The notes under the pieces are model-generated. The model was not told the origin of the DNA. It searched no databases and saw only the letters and a list, made by a program, of their open reading frames with translations. From an uncultured Halanaerobiales bacterium (lineage in GTDB: Bacteria; Bacillota; Halanaerobiia; B1SED10-174): a DNA stretch of 64,000 nucleotides. Each line of letters begins with the position of its first letter. The first letter of the stretch is position 1. The position numbers and the translations under genes were made by a program. This document shows positions 52,089 through 63,614 of the stretch, piece after piece. The DNA is taken from assembly GCA_964568715.1 (NCBI GenBank), contig CAZMQU010000006.1, forward strand, positions 42,249-106,248, given 5' to 3'.

Positions 52089-54155
52089 ATGTCCCATAAC
52101 AAAAACAGAAAAATACGGAATATTGGGATCATGGCCCATATTGATGCCGGTAAGACGACGACTACGGAGCGAATACTTTTTTATACCGGAAGAGTCCATA
52201 AAATGGGTGAGGTTCATGAAGGATCCGCAGTAATGGACTGGATGGAGCTGGAGCAAGAGCGGGGCATTACCATTACTTCTGCTGCAACAACATGTTTGTG
52301 GCGTGATTGGCATATAAACATTATTGACACACCCGGGCATGTGGACTTCACCATAGAAGTGGAGAGATGTCTGCGGGTCTTGGACGGAGCAATCACCCTG
52401 TTTTGCAGTGTGGGCGGTGTTGAGCCCCAAACGGAGACAGTTTGGCGCCAAGCCGATCGCTATGATATTCCTCGTATTGCTTTTATAAATAAAATGGATA
52501 GGGTCGGCGCCGATTTTTGGGGAACCGTCAAACAAATCCGTGAACGTTTAGGTGCCAACGCCATTGCTTTGCAAATACCTTTGGGTGCCGAAGAAGATTT
52601 CCGGGGCATTATTGATTTGGTCAAGATGGAAGCATTGATCTACGATGATGCCAAAGGAACCCAGTACCATTACGAAGCAATTCCCGCCGAGTTACGGAAT
52701 CGGGCCCAAGAATACAGAGATATACTTGTTGAAGCTATTGCGGAAATCGATGAAGGCATTATGGAAAAATATCTTAGTGAAGATGAGATTTCCATTGATG
52801 AATTGAAGAAGGCTCTGCGCGCGGCAGTCATTAACCTGAAAATTATGCCGGTTTTGTGCGGGTCATCATTTAAAAATAAGGGTGTGCAGCCCCTTTTGGA
52901 TGCGGTAATAGATTATTTGCCGTCGCCGGACGAAGTCCCACCGATTAAGGGTGTCCACCCTGTGGATGGTAGTGAATTGGAACGGGCACCTGATATAAAT
53001 GAACCTTTTTCAGCACTGGCTTTTAAGATTATGAATGATCCCTTTGTCGGCAGTTTGGTGTTTTTCCGCGTTTATTCAGGCGTTTTTAAAGCCGGCTCTT
53101 ATATCTATAATGCTAATCGCAATAAAAAAGAAAGGGTTGGTCGTATCTTACAGATGCATGCCAACCACCGAGAAGATCGAAAAGAAATATTTCCCGGCGA
53201 TATAGTTGCTGCAGTAGGTCTAAAGAATACACGGACCGGTGATACCCTTTGTGATTATGATCAGCCTATTTTATTGGGGGCTATCGAGTTTCCCGACCCG
53301 GTTATTTCTGTGGCCATTGAACCCAAAACAAAGGCGGCTCAAGATAGCTTAAGTATTGCTCTCGACAGAATGGCCAGTGAGGATCCTACCTTTAAGGTGA
53401 AGATTGACAACGAAACCGGCCAAACAATTATTTCCGGCATGGGCGAATTGCACCTGGAAATTATAGTGGATAGAATGCTGAGGGAGTTTAATGTGGAAGC
53501 CAATATCGGCAAACCGCAAGTTGCTTATAGGGAGACGATTAAAAAGGAAGTAAAGGGTATAGAAGGTCGTTTTGTCAGGCAAACAGGTGGACGCGGTCAA
53601 TATGGGGTAGTCAAGATTGATATTGAGCCCATGCCCAGCGGTGACGGCTTTGTCTTCGAAGATAAAACCGTCGGCGGGGTTGTTCCAAGGGAGTATGTCA
53701 ATCCCATTAAAATGGGTGTTCGTGAAGCGATGGATACCGGGATACTGGGTGGATACCCGATGGTTGATTGCAAGGTTGCCCTGGTGGACGGTTCATACCA
53801 TGAGGTTGATTCCTCCGAGTTGGCCTTTAAGATTGCCGGTTCCATTGCCTTTAAAGAGGCCGCGAAAAGAGCCGAACCGGTTCTTTTGGAGCCCATTATG
53901 AAGGTTGAAGTAATCACACCGGAGGATTACATGGGGGATGTTATGGGAGATTTAAATGGCAGACGAGGTCGGATAGAAGGTATGAGCCAAAGAGCTTCCG
54001 CCCGGATTATAAATGCCAATGTTCCTTTATCTGAGATGTTCGGTTATGCAACTGATTTAAGGTCAAAAACCCAAGGTCGGGCAACCTATGTAATGCAATT
54101 TTCTCATTATTCAGAGGTGCCGGCCAATATTTCCAAAGAAATTATTAAATTTTAA
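52089..54155 (+). CDS. fusA: elongation factor G
   Basis: [22 protein letters not shown], domains II-V; ATG 52089 has better RBS spacing than 52083. Confidence 0.95.
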   Translation: MSHNKNRKIRNIGIMAHIDAGKTTTTERILFYTGRVHKMGEVHEGSAVMDWMELEQERGITITSAATTCLWRDWHINIIDTPGHVDFTIEVERCLRVLDGAITLFCSVGGVEPQTETVWRQADRYDIPRIAFINKMDRVGADFWGTVKQIRERLGANAIALQIPLGAEEDFRGIIDLVKMEALIYDDAKGTQYHYEAIPAELRNRAQEYRDILVEAIAEIDEGIMEKYLSEDEISIDELKKALRAAVINLKIMPVLCGSSFKNKGVQPLLDAVIDYLPSPDEVPPIKGVHPVDGSELERAPDINEPFSALAFKIMNDPFVGSLVFFRVYSGVFKAGSYIYNANRNKKERVGRILQMHANHREDRKEIFPGDIVAAVGLKNTRTGDTLCDYDQPILLGAIEFPDPVISVAIEPKTKAAQDSLSIALDRMASEDPTFKVKIDNETGQTIISGMGELHLEIIVDRMLREFNVEANIGKPQVAYRETIKKEVKGIEGRFVRQTGGRGQYGVVKIDIEPMPSGDGFVFEDKTVGGVVPREYVNPIKMGVREAMDTGILGGYPMVDCKVALVDGSYHEVDSSELAFKIAGSIAFKEAAKRAEPVLLEPIMKVEVITPEDYMGDVMGDLNGRRGRIEGMSQRASARIINANVPLSEMFGYATDLRSKTQGRATYVMQFSHYSEVPANISKEIIKF

Positions 54156-54162
54156 GGATTTG

Positions 54163-55379
54163 AGGAGGAGTAAATAATGGCAAAAGAAAGATTTGAGAGG
54201 ACAAAGCCCCATGTCAACGTGGGCACAATCGGTCATATCGACCATGGTAAAACGACCTTGACTGCCGCGATTACCCGTGTTCTGTCTAAGGCCGGCACCA
54301 CCGATTTTCAAACATTTGATTCGATCGATAAGGCTCCCGAAGAGCGGGAGAGAGGAATTACCATTGCAACTTCCCACGTGGAGTATGAAACTGAAAACCG
54401 TCACTATGCTCATGTTGACTGCCCCGGTCACGCCGACTACGTAAAAAACATGATCACCGGTGCCGCCCAGATGGACGGCGCGATTTTGGTTGTTTCCGCC
54501 GCCGACGGGCCCATGCCCCAGACCAGGGAACATATATTGTTGGCCCGCCAGGTAGGGGTTCCCAATATCGTGGTATTTTTAAATAAAGAAGACATGGTCG
54601 ATGACCCTGAACTGGTTGAACTTGTCGAGATGGAAGTTCGGGATCTTCTCAATGAATATGAGTTTCCCGGCGACGATATACCTGTAGTAGTCGGTTCAGC
54701 CCTGAAGGCTTTGGAGAGCGAATCGACAGATGTGGAAAGTTGCGAGTGGAGCCAAAAGATTATGAAGCTCTTAGATGCCGTTGATTCCTATATACCGACG
54801 CCGGAGCGTGATACCGATAAACCTTTCTTGATGCCCATTGAAGACGTCTTCAGCATTACCGGCCGCGGCACTGTTGTAACCGGCCGTATTGAGCGGGGGG
54901 TTGTCAATACTGGTGACCAAGTTACCATTGTTGGTGTCAGGCCGGATAAGAACACCGTTGTAACCGGTGTAGAGATGTTCCGCAAACTGCTTGACGAAGG
55001 TCGGGCCGGTGACAACGTTGGCTGTCTCTTGCGCGGTATTGCCAAGGATGAGGTTGAGCGGGGTCAAGTGTTGGCAAAGCCCGGCACCATTAAGCCTCAC
55101 ACTAAATTTAAGGCTGAAGTATATGTTTTGTCGAAGGAAGAAGGCGGCCGTCATACACCGTTTTTCCACGGTTATCGCCCCCAGTTTTACTTCCGAACCA
55201 CGGACGTAACCGGTGACATCAGTTTGCCCGAAGGTGTTGAGATGGTAATGCCCGGCGATAATATCGAGATGGGTTGCGAATTGATTACACCGATTGCTAT
55301 GGAAGAAGGCTTGCGTTTTGCTGTCCGTGAGGGAGGCCGCACGGTGGGAGCCGGTGTAGTAACCGAGATACTCGAATAA
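54163..55379 (+). repeat. second copy of the about 1.2 kb tuf duplication
   Basis: see 36607-37823. Confidence 0.85.
54177..55379 (+). CDS. tuf: elongation factor Tu, copy 2 (str-operon copy)
   Basis: identical 400-aa product to copy 1. Confidence 0.95.
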   Translation: MAKERFERTKPHVNVGTIGHIDHGKTTLTAAITRVLSKAGTTDFQTFDSIDKAPEERERGITIATSHVEYETENRHYAHVDCPGHADYVKNMITGAAQMDGAILVVSAADGPMPQTREHILLARQVGVPNIVVFLNKEDMVDDPELVELVEMEVRDLLNEYEFPGDDIPVVVGSALKALESESTDVESCEWSQKIMKLLDAVDSYIPTPERDTDKPFLMPIEDVFSITGRGTVVTGRIERGVVNTGDQVTIVGVRPDKNTVVTGVEMFRKLLDEGRAGDNVGCLLRGIAKDEVERGQVLAKPGTIKPHTKFKAEVYVLSKEEGGRHTPFFHGYRPQFYFRTTDVTGDISLPEGVEMVMPGDNIEMGCELITPIAMEEGLRFAVREGGRTVGAGVVTEILE

Positions 55380-55423
55380 TTATGAAGTTTGGTATTTGAG
55401 TTTTTAGGGAGGAGGGAATTTGT

Positions 55424-55735
55424 TTGGTAAAACAAGAGAAGATCAGGATTAAATTGAAAGCCTATGATCATCAGATTATAGATCAGTCAGCCAGCAAAAT
55501 TGTTGAAACCGCACAGCGCAGCGGAGCTGAAATAGCCGGCCCGATTCCGATTCCAACCAAAAAAGAGATTTTTACGGTTTTGCGTTCTCCGTATGTCCAT
55601 AAAGATTCACGGGAACAATTTGAAGTAAGGACTCACAAAAGGTTAATCGATATTTTAAACCCTACTTCCAAGACTGTGGAAGCACTGATGCGCTTAGATC
55701 TGCCGGCGGGGGTAAATATTGAAATCAAGCTTTAA
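55424..55735 (+). CDS. rpsJ: 30S ribosomal protein S10
   Basis: [11 protein letters not shown]...; TTG start after gggaggaggg. Confidence 0.9.
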   Translation: MVKQEKIRIKLKAYDHQIIDQSASKIVETAQRSGAEIAGPIPIPTKKEIFTVLRSPYVHKDSREQFEVRTHKRLIDILNPTSKTVEALMRLDLPAGVNIEIKL

Positions 55736-55762
55736 GATTTATTGTGCAAAGGAGGTGCAGGA

Positions 55763-56407
55763 ATGGTCAAAGGAATTATAGGCAAAAAGATTGGTATGAC
55801 ACAGATTTTTAACGAACAAGGTCATTTAATTCCGGTTACTGTGGTCCAGGCGGGCCCCTGTCCGGTGGTCGATATTAAGACCATAGACCGGGATGGCTAT
55901 AACGCTATCGTAATCGGCTATGGTTCCGTAAAAAATATAAATAAGCCTATGTATGGGCGCTTTAAAAAGGCAAACTGTGATCCAAAACAGAAATTGACGG
56001 AAATTCGCATCGATAATCCGGAAGAATATGATTTGGGGCAAGAAGTTACCGTGGAAATATTCTCAGAAGGCGAAAAGGTCGACGTCACGGGTGTCTCCAA
56101 AGGAAAAGGTTTTCAGGGGACAATCAAAAGATGGAATTTTGCCCGCGGCCCCAGAACCCATGGTTCCAGGTCCCATCGTATTCCCGGCTCCATAGGGGAT
56201 ACAGGTACATCCCGGGTTGTAAAAGGTAAAAAAATGCCCGGACGTATGGGCGGGGAACGGGTTACCATTCAAAATCTCGAGGTAATAGGCATTGACCTGC
56301 AAGAAAATACAATTTTATTGAAAGGTGCCGTGCCGGGGCCTAGAAAGACTTTGGTAACCATCCGTAATGCCGTCAAAGCCAGCCAAGGAGGAAAGAGCCA
56401 TGCCTAA
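55763..56407 (+). CDS. rplC: 50S ribosomal protein L3
   Basis: MVKGIIGKKIGMTQIF. Confidence 0.9.
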   Translation: MVKGIIGKKIGMTQIFNEQGHLIPVTVVQAGPCPVVDIKTIDRDGYNAIVIGYGSVKNINKPMYGRFKKANCDPKQKLTEIRIDNPEEYDLGQEVTVEIFSEGEKVDVTGVSKGKGFQGTIKRWNFARGPRTHGSRSHRIPGSIGDTGTSRVVKGKKMPGRMGGERVTIQNLEVIGIDLQENTILLKGAVPGPRKTLVTIRNAVKASQGGKSHA

Positions 56408-57029
56408 GGTAACTGTTTTCGACAAAAAAGGCAATCAGGTTGAGGACATTAAATTATCACAAGAAATTTTTGGCGTAACCGTTAATCCGGTCATCATGCA
56501 TCAAGCAGTTGTTGCCCAACTCAACGCTAAAAGGCGTGGGACGGTGTCAACCAAAACACGGGGCGAGGTGCAAGGAAGAAAAGGCAAGCCTTGGCGCCAA
56601 AAGGGAACTGGGAGAGCAAGGCACGGATCAGTTCGTTCGCCTATCTGGGTAGGCGGTGGTGTAACCTTTGGGCCAAAATCCAAGACCTATCAAAACAGGC
56701 TTCCCAAAAAAGTAAAAAAACAGGCGGTTCGCTCCGCTTTGACTGCCAAAGTTGCCGATAATAAATTTTTTGTTCTCGAAGAGCTAAAAATGGAACAGCC
56801 AAAAACCAAAGAAATGGTTGCTTTGTTGGAGAGCTTGCAGATCGAAAATGAGAAGATCCTGTTTTTGTTGGAAAGGAAAGACGAAAACGTCTACAAATCC
56901 TTGCGCAACTTACCAAAAGTCAGGCCGCTGATTTCAGAGGCAATCAACATTTACGATATCGTCAATAACGAATACATTGTGGCAACAAGAGAAGCAGTGG
57001 TAAAGATGGAGGAGGTGCTTGCTCCATGA
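56400..57029 (+). CDS. rplD: 50S ribosomal protein L4
   Basis: MPKVTVFDKKGNQVEDIKL...; 8-nt overlap with rplC. Confidence 0.9.
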   Translation: MPKVTVFDKKGNQVEDIKLSQEIFGVTVNPVIMHQAVVAQLNAKRRGTVSTKTRGEVQGRKGKPWRQKGTGRARHGSVRSPIWVGGGVTFGPKSKTYQNRLPKKVKKQAVRSALTAKVADNKFFVLEELKMEQPKTKEMVALLESLQIENEKILFLLERKDENVYKSLRNLPKVRPLISEAINIYDIVNNEYIVATREAVVKMEEVLAP

Positions 57030-57316
57030 AGGATCCTCGTGATGTAATTATTAAGCCCCAAGTATCGGAACGGACTATGGATTTGATCCAAAAAGACAAT
57101 TGTTATACTTTCAAAGTGGCTATAGATTCAACCAAGATCGATATTAAACGTGCCGTGGAAGATATTTTTAATGTTAAAGTTATCAAAGTAAATACTGCCA
57201 GGCGGCCGGGAAAAAATAAAACCATGGGAGTCCATAAAGGACGTACTCCCGAATGGAAAAAAGCTATGGTGCAACTGGCCGACGGCGATTCAATTGAAAT
57301 ATTTGAAGGTCTGTAA
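57026..57316 (+). CDS. rplW: 50S ribosomal protein L23
   Basis: 96 aa family match. Confidence 0.9.
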   Translation: MKDPRDVIIKPQVSERTMDLIQKDNCYTFKVAIDSTKIDIKRAVEDIFNVKVIKVNTARRPGKNKTMGVHKGRTPEWKKAMVQLADGDSIEIFEGL

Positions 57317-57340
57317 TATTGCAGTAAAGGAGGGTGAATA

Positions 57341-58177
57341 ATGGCTATTAAAAAATTTAAACCTACCTCCCCGGGACGGCGTTTTATGACTGTTACTGAT
57401 TTTTCACAGCTGACAAAAAAGAAACCGGAAAAATCCCTTTTGGTGCCGCTTAAAAAGAAAGCCGGCCGCAATAACCAGGGACATGTAACTGTACGCCATC
57501 GGGGCGGGGGCCATAAACGCCAATACCGCATCATTGATTTTAAAAGAAACAAAGATGATGTTCCAGCTCGCGTAGCCAGCATTGAATACGACCCCAATCG
57601 TTCCGCCCGCATTGCTTTGCTTCATTATGCCGATGGAGAGAAAAGATATATCTTGGCTCCGACCAACTTGAAAGTTGGTTCAACCATTGTTTCCGGTCCC
57701 AATGCCGATATTATTCCCGGTAATGCTTTGCCTTTGGCTAACATTCCGGTGGGTACTATTGTTCACAATATCGAAATGAAGCCGGGTCGTGGCGGTCAAC
57801 TGGTCAGATCAGCCGGCACAGCGGCACAGATAATGGCCAAGGAAGGTAAGTATGCTCACATAAGGATGCCTTCCGGAGAAACTCGTTTAATCCATCTTAC
57901 TTGCCGGGCAACCGTCGGGCAGGTGGGGAATGTTGAGCATGAAGATATCAGCATAGGTAAAGCCGGTAGAAAACGTTGGATGGGTATAAGGCCAGGGGTC
58001 CGGGGAACTGTCATGAACCCCGTCGACCACCCCCATGGTGGCGGTGAAGGTAAAGCCACGGCCGGCCGGCAACCGGTTACCCCTTGGGGCAAGCCGACCA
58101 TTGGCTTCAAAACCCGCCGGCGTAATAAGAAGTCCGATAAGTTTATAATTTCGCGCCGCAAGTCTAAAAAGCGCTAA
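57341..58177 (+). CDS. rplB: 50S ribosomal protein L2
   Basis: [15 protein letters not shown]... Confidence 0.95.
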   Translation: MAIKKFKPTSPGRRFMTVTDFSQLTKKKPEKSLLVPLKKKAGRNNQGHVTVRHRGGGHKRQYRIIDFKRNKDDVPARVASIEYDPNRSARIALLHYADGEKRYILAPTNLKVGSTIVSGPNADIIPGNALPLANIPVGTIVHNIEMKPGRGGQLVRSAGTAAQIMAKEGKYAHIRMPSGETRLIHLTCRATVGQVGNVEHEDISIGKAGRKRWMGIRPGVRGTVMNPVDHPHGGGEGKATAGRQPVTPWGKPTIGFKTRRRNKKSDKFIISRRKSKKR

Positions 58178-58196
58178 TTGAGGAGGGAGGGAGCTT

Positions 58197-58481
58197 ATGG
58201 GCCGTTCAGTCAAAAAAGGTCCGTTTTGTGAACCCAGACTTTTACAACGGATAGAAGCGATGAATGAGGAAGGCAAAAAAAGGGTTTTGAGGACTTGGTC
58301 CCGGGCCTCGACTATTTTTCCGGAAATGGTGGGTCATACCATAGCCGTCCATGATGGTCGGCGCCATGTCCCGATATATATTACCGAAGAGATGGTCGGC
58401 CACAAACTGGGGGAATTCGTACCTACCAGAAGATTCAGGGGCCACGGATCTCATACGGAAAGGTCGACAGCTTTGAAATAG
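58197..58481 (+). CDS. rpsS: 30S ribosomal protein S19
   Basis: [10 protein letters not shown]... Confidence 0.9.
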   Translation: MGRSVKKGPFCEPRLLQRIEAMNEEGKKRVLRTWSRASTIFPEMVGHTIAVHDGRRHVPIYITEEMVGHKLGEFVPTRRFRGHGSHTERSTALK

Positions 58482-58494
58482 AAAAGGGGGGTTT

Positions 58495-58857
58495 TTGGTG
58501 GAAGCAAAGGCAGTAGCTCGTTATATTCGTGTATCCCCCTTTAAAGCGCGACAGGTTATTGACCTGGTGCGAGGTAAAGATGTGGGGGAAGCCCTTTCCA
58601 TATTGAAATACACGCCTCGAAAAGCAGCCAAGATAATAGAAAAAGTTTTGAATTCAGCCATAGCTAATGCCGAACACAATTTGGAAATGGATGCCGATAA
58701 GTTGATTGTTAAAAAGGCCTTTATCGATGAAGGACCAACAATGAAGAGGTGGCGTGCCAGAGCTTTTGGTCGGGGCGCCAGCATTTTTAAAAGAATGAGC
58801 CACATTACGATTGTTGTTGGTGAGCGAGAGGAGGGAAAAGATGGGTCAAAAAATTAA
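58495..58857 (+). CDS. rplV: 50S ribosomal protein L22
   Basis: GTG start; family match; 17-nt overlap with rpsC. Confidence 0.9.
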   Translation: MVEAKAVARYIRVSPFKARQVIDLVRGKDVGEALSILKYTPRKAAKIIEKVLNSAIANAEHNLEMDADKLIVKKAFIDEGPTMKRWRARAFGRGASIFKRMSHITIVVGEREEGKDGSKN

Positions 58858-59506
58858 CCCGCACGGGTTGAGGTTGGGAATTATAAAAGATTGGAACGCC
58901 AAATGGTTTCCCGAAAGGGGAAAACTGGCTGATTACCTGCATGAAGATTTGGCAATCCGTAAAATCATTAAAGAAAAAATGTACAATGCCGGTATAAGCC
59001 GCATTGAAATTCAACGGGTGGCTCAATTGATTAAAATCGATATTCACACTGCCAGACCAGGCATGGTTATCGGACGCGGCGGGACTGAGGTTGATGCACT
59101 TCGCAAGGAGCTGGAAAAGATGTCCGGCCGTAAGGTAATTGTCAATGTGGAAGAGATTAAAAATCCTGATCTCGATGCCCAACTGGTGGCCGAAAATGTT
59201 GCCGCCCAATTGGAAAAAAGAATTTCTTTCCGCCGGGCAATGAAACAGGCGCTGACAAGAACAATGCGTATGGGGGCTGAAGGTTTCCGTATTCAGTGCA
59301 GCGGACGCTTGGCCGGTGCGGATATGGCTCGTACTGAAGGATATAGCAGGGGTAATGTTCCCCTTCACACTTTGCGTGCCGATATTGATTATGGTTTTGC
59401 CGTCTCCAATACCACTTACGGGTCAATCGGCGTAAAGGTTTGGATAAATAAGGGTGAGGTTCTACCCCAAAAGGAAAGCAGCAAAACTACCAGCACTACT
59501 GAATAA
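58841..59506 (+). CDS. rpsC: 30S ribosomal protein S3
   Basis: [14 protein letters not shown]..., KH domain. Confidence 0.9.
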   Translation: MGQKINPHGLRLGIIKDWNAKWFPERGKLADYLHEDLAIRKIIKEKMYNAGISRIEIQRVAQLIKIDIHTARPGMVIGRGGTEVDALRKELEKMSGRKVIVNVEEIKNPDLDAQLVAENVAAQLEKRISFRRAMKQALTRTMRMGAEGFRIQCSGRLAGADMARTEGYSRGNVPLHTLRADIDYGFAVSNTTYGSIGVKVWINKGEVLPQKESSKTTSTTE

Positions 59507-59528
59507 TTAAAGGAAGGAGGCCGGTCCG

Positions 59529-59951
59529 ATGTTGATGCCCAAACGAGTTAAATATAGAAAACAGCAAAGAGGACGCATGCGTGGATTGGCCACGCGGGGC
59601 ACAAAGATTGATTATGGAGAATATGGCCTGATGGCTTTGGAGCCGGCTTGGATTACCAGCCGTCAAATAGAGGCTGCCCGTATAGCTATGACTAGATATA
59701 TTAGGCGAGGAGGCAAGGTTTGGATTAAAATATTTCCCGATAAGCCGGTTACCTCTAAGCCTGCCGAAACCAGAATGGGAAGTGGAAAAGGAGCACCTGA
59801 ATATTGGGTAGCGGTGGTAAAACCCGGTAGAATAATGTTTGAATTGGCCGGTGTGCAACCTGCAGTTGCCAAAGAAGCAATGCGACTAGCCAGTCAAAAA
59901 CTTCCTATTAAAGCAAAATTCGTCACCCGGGAAGAAATGGAGGGTGAATAA
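59529..59951 (+). CDS. rplP: 50S ribosomal protein L16
   Basis: [19 protein letters not shown]. Confidence 0.9.
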   Translation: MLMPKRVKYRKQQRGRMRGLATRGTKIDYGEYGLMALEPAWITSRQIEAARIAMTRYIRRGGKVWIKIFPDKPVTSKPAETRMGSGKGAPEYWVAVVKPGRIMFELAGVQPAVAKEAMRLASQKLPIKAKFVTREEMEGE

Positions 59952-59953
59952 TA

Positions 59954-60157
59954 ATGAAAGCTAAACAGCTTCGCGATTTAACCAATGAGGAATTGGATCT
60001 GAGGGCGAAGGATCTAAAAGAAGAGCTTTTCAATTTGCGTTTTCAACACGCAACCGCCCAACTGAGCAATCCATTGCGTATTCGTATTGTTAAGCGCAGT
60101 TTGGCGCAAGTTAAAACCATTATTAGACAACGGGAGCTAAGTGCATTGAAAAGATAA
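59954..60157 (+). CDS. rpmC: 50S ribosomal protein L29
   Basis: [31 protein letters not shown]. Confidence 0.9.
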   Translation: MKAKQLRDLTNEELDLRAKDLKEELFNLRFQHATAQLSNPLRIRIVKRSLAQVKTIIRQRELSALKR

Positions 60158-60185
60158 ATTGACTTATCAGAAGGGGGTTTCCACG

Positions 60186-60443
60186 GTGTCTAAAAACGAT
60201 TTAAGACGGACCCCTCTTGTCGGAAAAATGGTCAAAATAAGCAAAGTAACAGGGGGAACCTATCTGGGTTTAGGTGGCAGAGTCATCGAGGATCGAATGA
60301 ATGTCATTGTCATTTTAAATGAAGGCGAAAAAAAGATGGTTCCTAAGAATGTTTGCACTTTTCAAGTTTATGACGACGGAATACTTCTTGGGGAAGTGGA
60401 AGGATACGATTTAATCGGCCGACCGGAAGTGAGATGCAATTGA
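60186..60443 (+). CDS. extra small ORF inside the S10/spc cluster between rpmC and rpsQ; beta-rich putative RNA/ribosome-binding protein (KOW- or PRC-barrel-like guess)
   Basis: open frame 60159-60443 with GTG 60186 eight nt after aagggggtt RBS; tightly packed (stop overlaps rpsQ RBS); motif [18 protein letters not shown] resembles YlmC/YmxH PRC-barrel or KOW-type small proteins. Confidence 0.5.
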   Translation: MSKNDLRRTPLVGKMVKISKVTGGTYLGLGGRVIEDRMNVIVILNEGEKKMVPKNVCTFQVYDDGILLGEVEGYDLIGRPEVRCN

Positions 60444-60457
60444 GAGGAGGTAAGCCT

Positions 60458-60718
60458 ATGGGACAGGCGAAGCGCAAAACCTTGGTTGGAACAGTCGTTA
60501 GCGACAAAATGGATAAAACTGTAGTTGTGTTGGTGGAACGACATACTAAGCATCCTGTCTATAGAAGGACGATAAAAAGAAGTAACAGGTTTAAGGTCCA
60601 TGATGAGAATAATGAATGTCGCAATGGCGATAAGGTAAAGATTATCGAAAGCCGTCCATTGAGCAAAGACAAAAGGTGGCGTGTGTTGGAAATATTACTT
60701 GAGGCAAAGCAAGCTTAA
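60458..60718 (+). CDS. rpsQ: 30S ribosomal protein S17
   Basis: [31 protein letters not shown]. Confidence 0.9.
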   Translation: MGQAKRKTLVGTVVSDKMDKTVVVLVERHTKHPVYRRTIKRSNRFKVHDENNECRNGDKVKIIESRPLSKDKRWRVLEILLEAKQA

Positions 60719-60746
60719 GCGACGGCCTGGGAAGGAGGGGCAAAAT

Positions 60747-61115
60747 ATGATCCAGAATGAATCAAGGCTTCTCGTTGCAGATAATACCGGTGCCCGCGAA
60801 CTCCTTTGCATTAAGGTGCTCGGGGGAACCAGAAGAAGATATGCCCGCGTGGGAGATATAATAATTGCATCGGTTAAGGAAGCGATACCCGGTGGTATTG
60901 TGAAAAAGGGTGAGATAGTAAATGCTGTAATCGTTCGGACGGAAAAAGAATACAGGCGTCCCGACGGGTCTTATATTGCATTTGATGAAAATGCGGCCGT
61001 AATTATTGACCGGACAAATAATCCCCGTGGAACGAGGATATTCGGACCGGTAGCCCGCGAATTGCGTGAAAAAAACTATATGAAGATAATCTCCCTGGCA
61101 CCGGAGGTGCTCTAA
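60747..61115 (+). CDS. rplN: 50S ribosomal protein L14
   Basis: [27 protein letters not shown]. Confidence 0.9.
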   Translation: MIQNESRLLVADNTGARELLCIKVLGGTRRRYARVGDIIIASVKEAIPGGIVKKGEIVNAVIVRTEKEYRRPDGSYIAFDENAAVIIDRTNNPRGTRIFGPVARELREKNYMKIISLAPEVL

Positions 61116-61139
61116 GGATCCAGGGGAGGAGGTTTGGTT

Positions 61140-61454
61140 ATGAATCTGAAGAAAGGTGATAGAGTGGTAGTCATTGCCGGTAAGGATGTTGGGAAAAAAG
61201 GCAAAATACTCAGGGTTGACCCTCATAAAAACAAAGTAGTCGTTGAGGGAGTCAATATTGTGCACCGACATACCCGGCCTACCCAAGATCTTCCCCAGGG
61301 CGGTATCGTAAAAAACGAAGCCCCTATGGACAGATCCAATGTGCAACTTGTTTGCCCCCGCTGTAGTGAAAAGACAAGGATTGGCGTAAAATTCTTGGAT
61401 AATAACAAAAAAGTACGCCTTTGTCGCAAATGCGGGGAAGTTATTGACAAGTAA
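61140..61454 (+). CDS. rplX: 50S ribosomal protein L24
   Basis: KOW motif [20 protein letters not shown]. Confidence 0.9.
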   Translation: MNLKKGDRVVVIAGKDVGKKGKILRVDPHKNKVVVEGVNIVHRHTRPTQDLPQGGIVKNEAPMDRSNVQLVCPRCSEKTRIGVKFLDNNKKVRLCRKCGEVIDK

Positions 61455-61474
61455 AGCGAAGAGGAGGGTTGATT

Positions 61475-62017
61475 ATGGCTGTTCTAAGAGATTTTTACAA
61501 AGAAGATGTGGTTCCCAATCTTATTGAACGTTTTAAATATAAAAATGTTATGCAAGTGCCCCGCTTGGAAAAAATTATTATAAATATGGGTGTTGGTGAA
61601 GCCAAGGATGATGTGAAGGCCTTGGATAATGCGGTCGAACAGATTAAAACCATTACAGGCCAGACACCCGTTGTCACCAGGGCTAAAAAAGCGATTTCCA
61701 ACTTTAAAATTCGCGCCGGTATGCCGGTAGGCTGTAAAGTAACTTTGCGTGGTGACATGATGTACGATTTTTTCTACAAATTGGTCAACATTGCTTTACC
61801 GCGGATCAGAGATTTTAGAGGGGTGTCGACCCGCTCTTTCGATGGTCGGGGTAACTACTCCCTGGGAATTCACGAGCAAATTGTTTTTCCTGAAATTGAT
61901 ATTGATAAAATCGACAAGGTCAGAGGTTTGGATATAGCTATAGTTACCACTGCAAAAACGGATGAAGAGGCTCAAGAACTTTTGGTTAAACTCGGAATGC
62001 CATTCAGAAAGGACTGA
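61475..62017 (+). CDS. rplE: 50S ribosomal protein L5
   Basis: family match. Confidence 0.9.
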   Translation: MAVLRDFYKEDVVPNLIERFKYKNVMQVPRLEKIIINMGVGEAKDDVKALDNAVEQIKTITGQTPVVTRAKKAISNFKIRAGMPVGCKVTLRGDMMYDFFYKLVNIALPRIRDFRGVSTRSFDGRGNYSLGIHEQIVFPEIDIDKIDKVRGLDIAIVTTAKTDEEAQELLVKLGMPFRKD

Positions 62018-62031
62018 AAGGGGGTAAATTA

Positions 62032-62217
62032 ATGGCCAGAAAAGCACAGGTGGAAAGAGAAAAAAGAGAACCAAAATATTCTACCCGCTTGGTCCGCCGC
62101 TGCCGAAGATGTGGTCGGGCACGTGGTGTCTTGAGAAAATTTGAAATTTGTCGTATTTGTTTTAGAGAACTAGCCCACCGGGGTGAGATTCCCGGCGTGA
62201 AGAAAGCCAGCTGGTAA
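62032..62217 (+). CDS. rpsZ: 30S ribosomal protein S14 type Z (zinc-binding)
   Basis: 61 aa with CRRCGRARG...CRIC C4 motif. Confidence 0.9.
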   Translation: MARKAQVEREKREPKYSTRLVRRCRRCGRARGVLRKFEICRICFRELAHRGEIPGVKKASW

Positions 62218-62244
62218 TTAATTTTGGAAGGAGGTTGGCATTAA

Positions 62245-62646
62245 ATGGCAATGACGGACCCAATAGCTGATATGCTAACCAGGATTAGGAATGCAAATAC
62301 CGCCATGAAGGATGTTGTCGAGATTCCTTATTCAGAAATTAAAGGAAAAATTGCCGCCATCCTTAAAGAGGAAGGCTATATCAACGATTTTGTTGTCATC
62401 AGGGAAAAAAATCCCCAAGGCACCTTGCGGATTCGTATGAAATATTGGAACAATGAAGAACGGGTTATCAATGGTCTGAAAAGAATCAGTAAGCCCGGTT
62501 TGAGGGTATATGCTAAGAAGGAAGAAATTCCGCGTGTATTGGGTGGCTTAGGTATTGCAATTATTTCGACCAGTGAAGGTGTAATTACCGATAAGATTGC
62601 CCGGCAGAAAAATGTCGGTGGTGAAGTAATTTGTTACATTTGGTAA
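62245..62646 (+). CDS. rpsH: 30S ribosomal protein S8
   Basis: [17 protein letters not shown]. Confidence 0.9.
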   Translation: MAMTDPIADMLTRIRNANTAMKDVVEIPYSEIKGKIAAILKEEGYINDFVVIREKNPQGTLRIRMKYWNNEERVINGLKRISKPGLRVYAKKEEIPRVLGGLGIAIISTSEGVITDKIARQKNVGGEVICYIW

Positions 62647-62659
62647 GGGAGGTGGGAAG

Positions 62660-63205
62660 ATGTCTCGTATAGGAAAATTACCAATCCCCATTCCGACCGG
62701 GGTTGAGGTTAATATTGCAGATCCATATATTACAGTTAAGGGACCAAAAGGTACATTAAATTTTGAATTTCATCCGCATGTTCTTGTGAAACAGGAAGAA
62801 AATCAGATATTGGTTACTGCCGCGGCTGATGAAAAACCGTATCGAGCCATGCAAGGTTTGACCCGCAGTCTTATTGCCAATATGGTGGAGGGAGTAAGCA
62901 AAGGATTTGAGAAAAGGTTGGAAATGATTGGTACCGGTTACAGAGGGACCATGAAAGGTAATGATTTGGAATTACAATTGGGTTTTTCACACCCCGTAGT
63001 TATTGAACCCGGTGACGGTCTTACACTTGCCGTGGAGGGCAACACTAAGATTATTGTCAGTGGATGTGATAAGCAAAAAGTTGGTCAGCTGGCCGCCTCC
63101 ATACGCAGATTGCGCGAACCCGACCCGTACTTGGGCAAAGGTATTCGTTATGAGGGTGAAAAGATACGCCGCAAAGTTGGTAAAGCAGGCGCCTCTGGCG
63201 CTTAG
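62660..63205 (+). CDS. rplF: 50S ribosomal protein L6
   Basis: MSRIGKLPIPIPTGVEV. Confidence 0.9.
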   Translation: MSRIGKLPIPIPTGVEVNIADPYITVKGPKGTLNFEFHPHVLVKQEENQILVTAAADEKPYRAMQGLTRSLIANMVEGVSKGFEKRLEMIGTGYRGTMKGNDLELQLGFSHPVVIEPGDGLTLAVEGNTKIIVSGCDKQKVGQLAASIRRLREPDPYLGKGIRYEGEKIRRKVGKAGASGA

Positions 63206-63236
63206 TGAGAACTGTACGTGAAGGAGTGTGGAGACA

Positions 63237-63596
63237 ATGTTTGATAGAAGGCTCATGCGCCGCAGACGCCATTTCAGAGTACGAAATAAGATAGTGGGCA
63301 CCACGGAGCGACCCCGCATGAATGTCTACAGAAGTTTAAATAATATATATGTGCAGATAATTGACGATTCCAAAGGTGAAACTTTAGCGGCTGCTTCTTC
63401 TTTAGAGGAAGCCATCAGGCAAAAAATGAGCAATACCGGCAATAAGGATGCAGCTAAACTGGTCGGTACTCTCATTGCAGAGAGAGCTTTGGCCCAGGGA
63501 ATTTCAAAAGTTGTTTTTGACCGGGGTGGCAATTTGTACCATGGCCGTGTAAAGGTTTTGGCGGATGCCGCAAGAGAAAAAGGTTTGCAGTTCTAG
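63237..63596 (+). CDS. rplR: 50S ribosomal protein L18
   Basis: [25 protein letters not shown]. Confidence 0.9.
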   Translation: MFDRRLMRRRRHFRVRNKIVGTTERPRMNVYRSLNNIYVQIIDDSKGETLAAASSLEEAIRQKMSNTGNKDAAKLVGTLIAERALAQGISKVVFDRGGNLYHGRVKVLADAAREKGLQF

Positions 63597-63614
63597 GGGA
63601 AAGGAGGTACTTGC

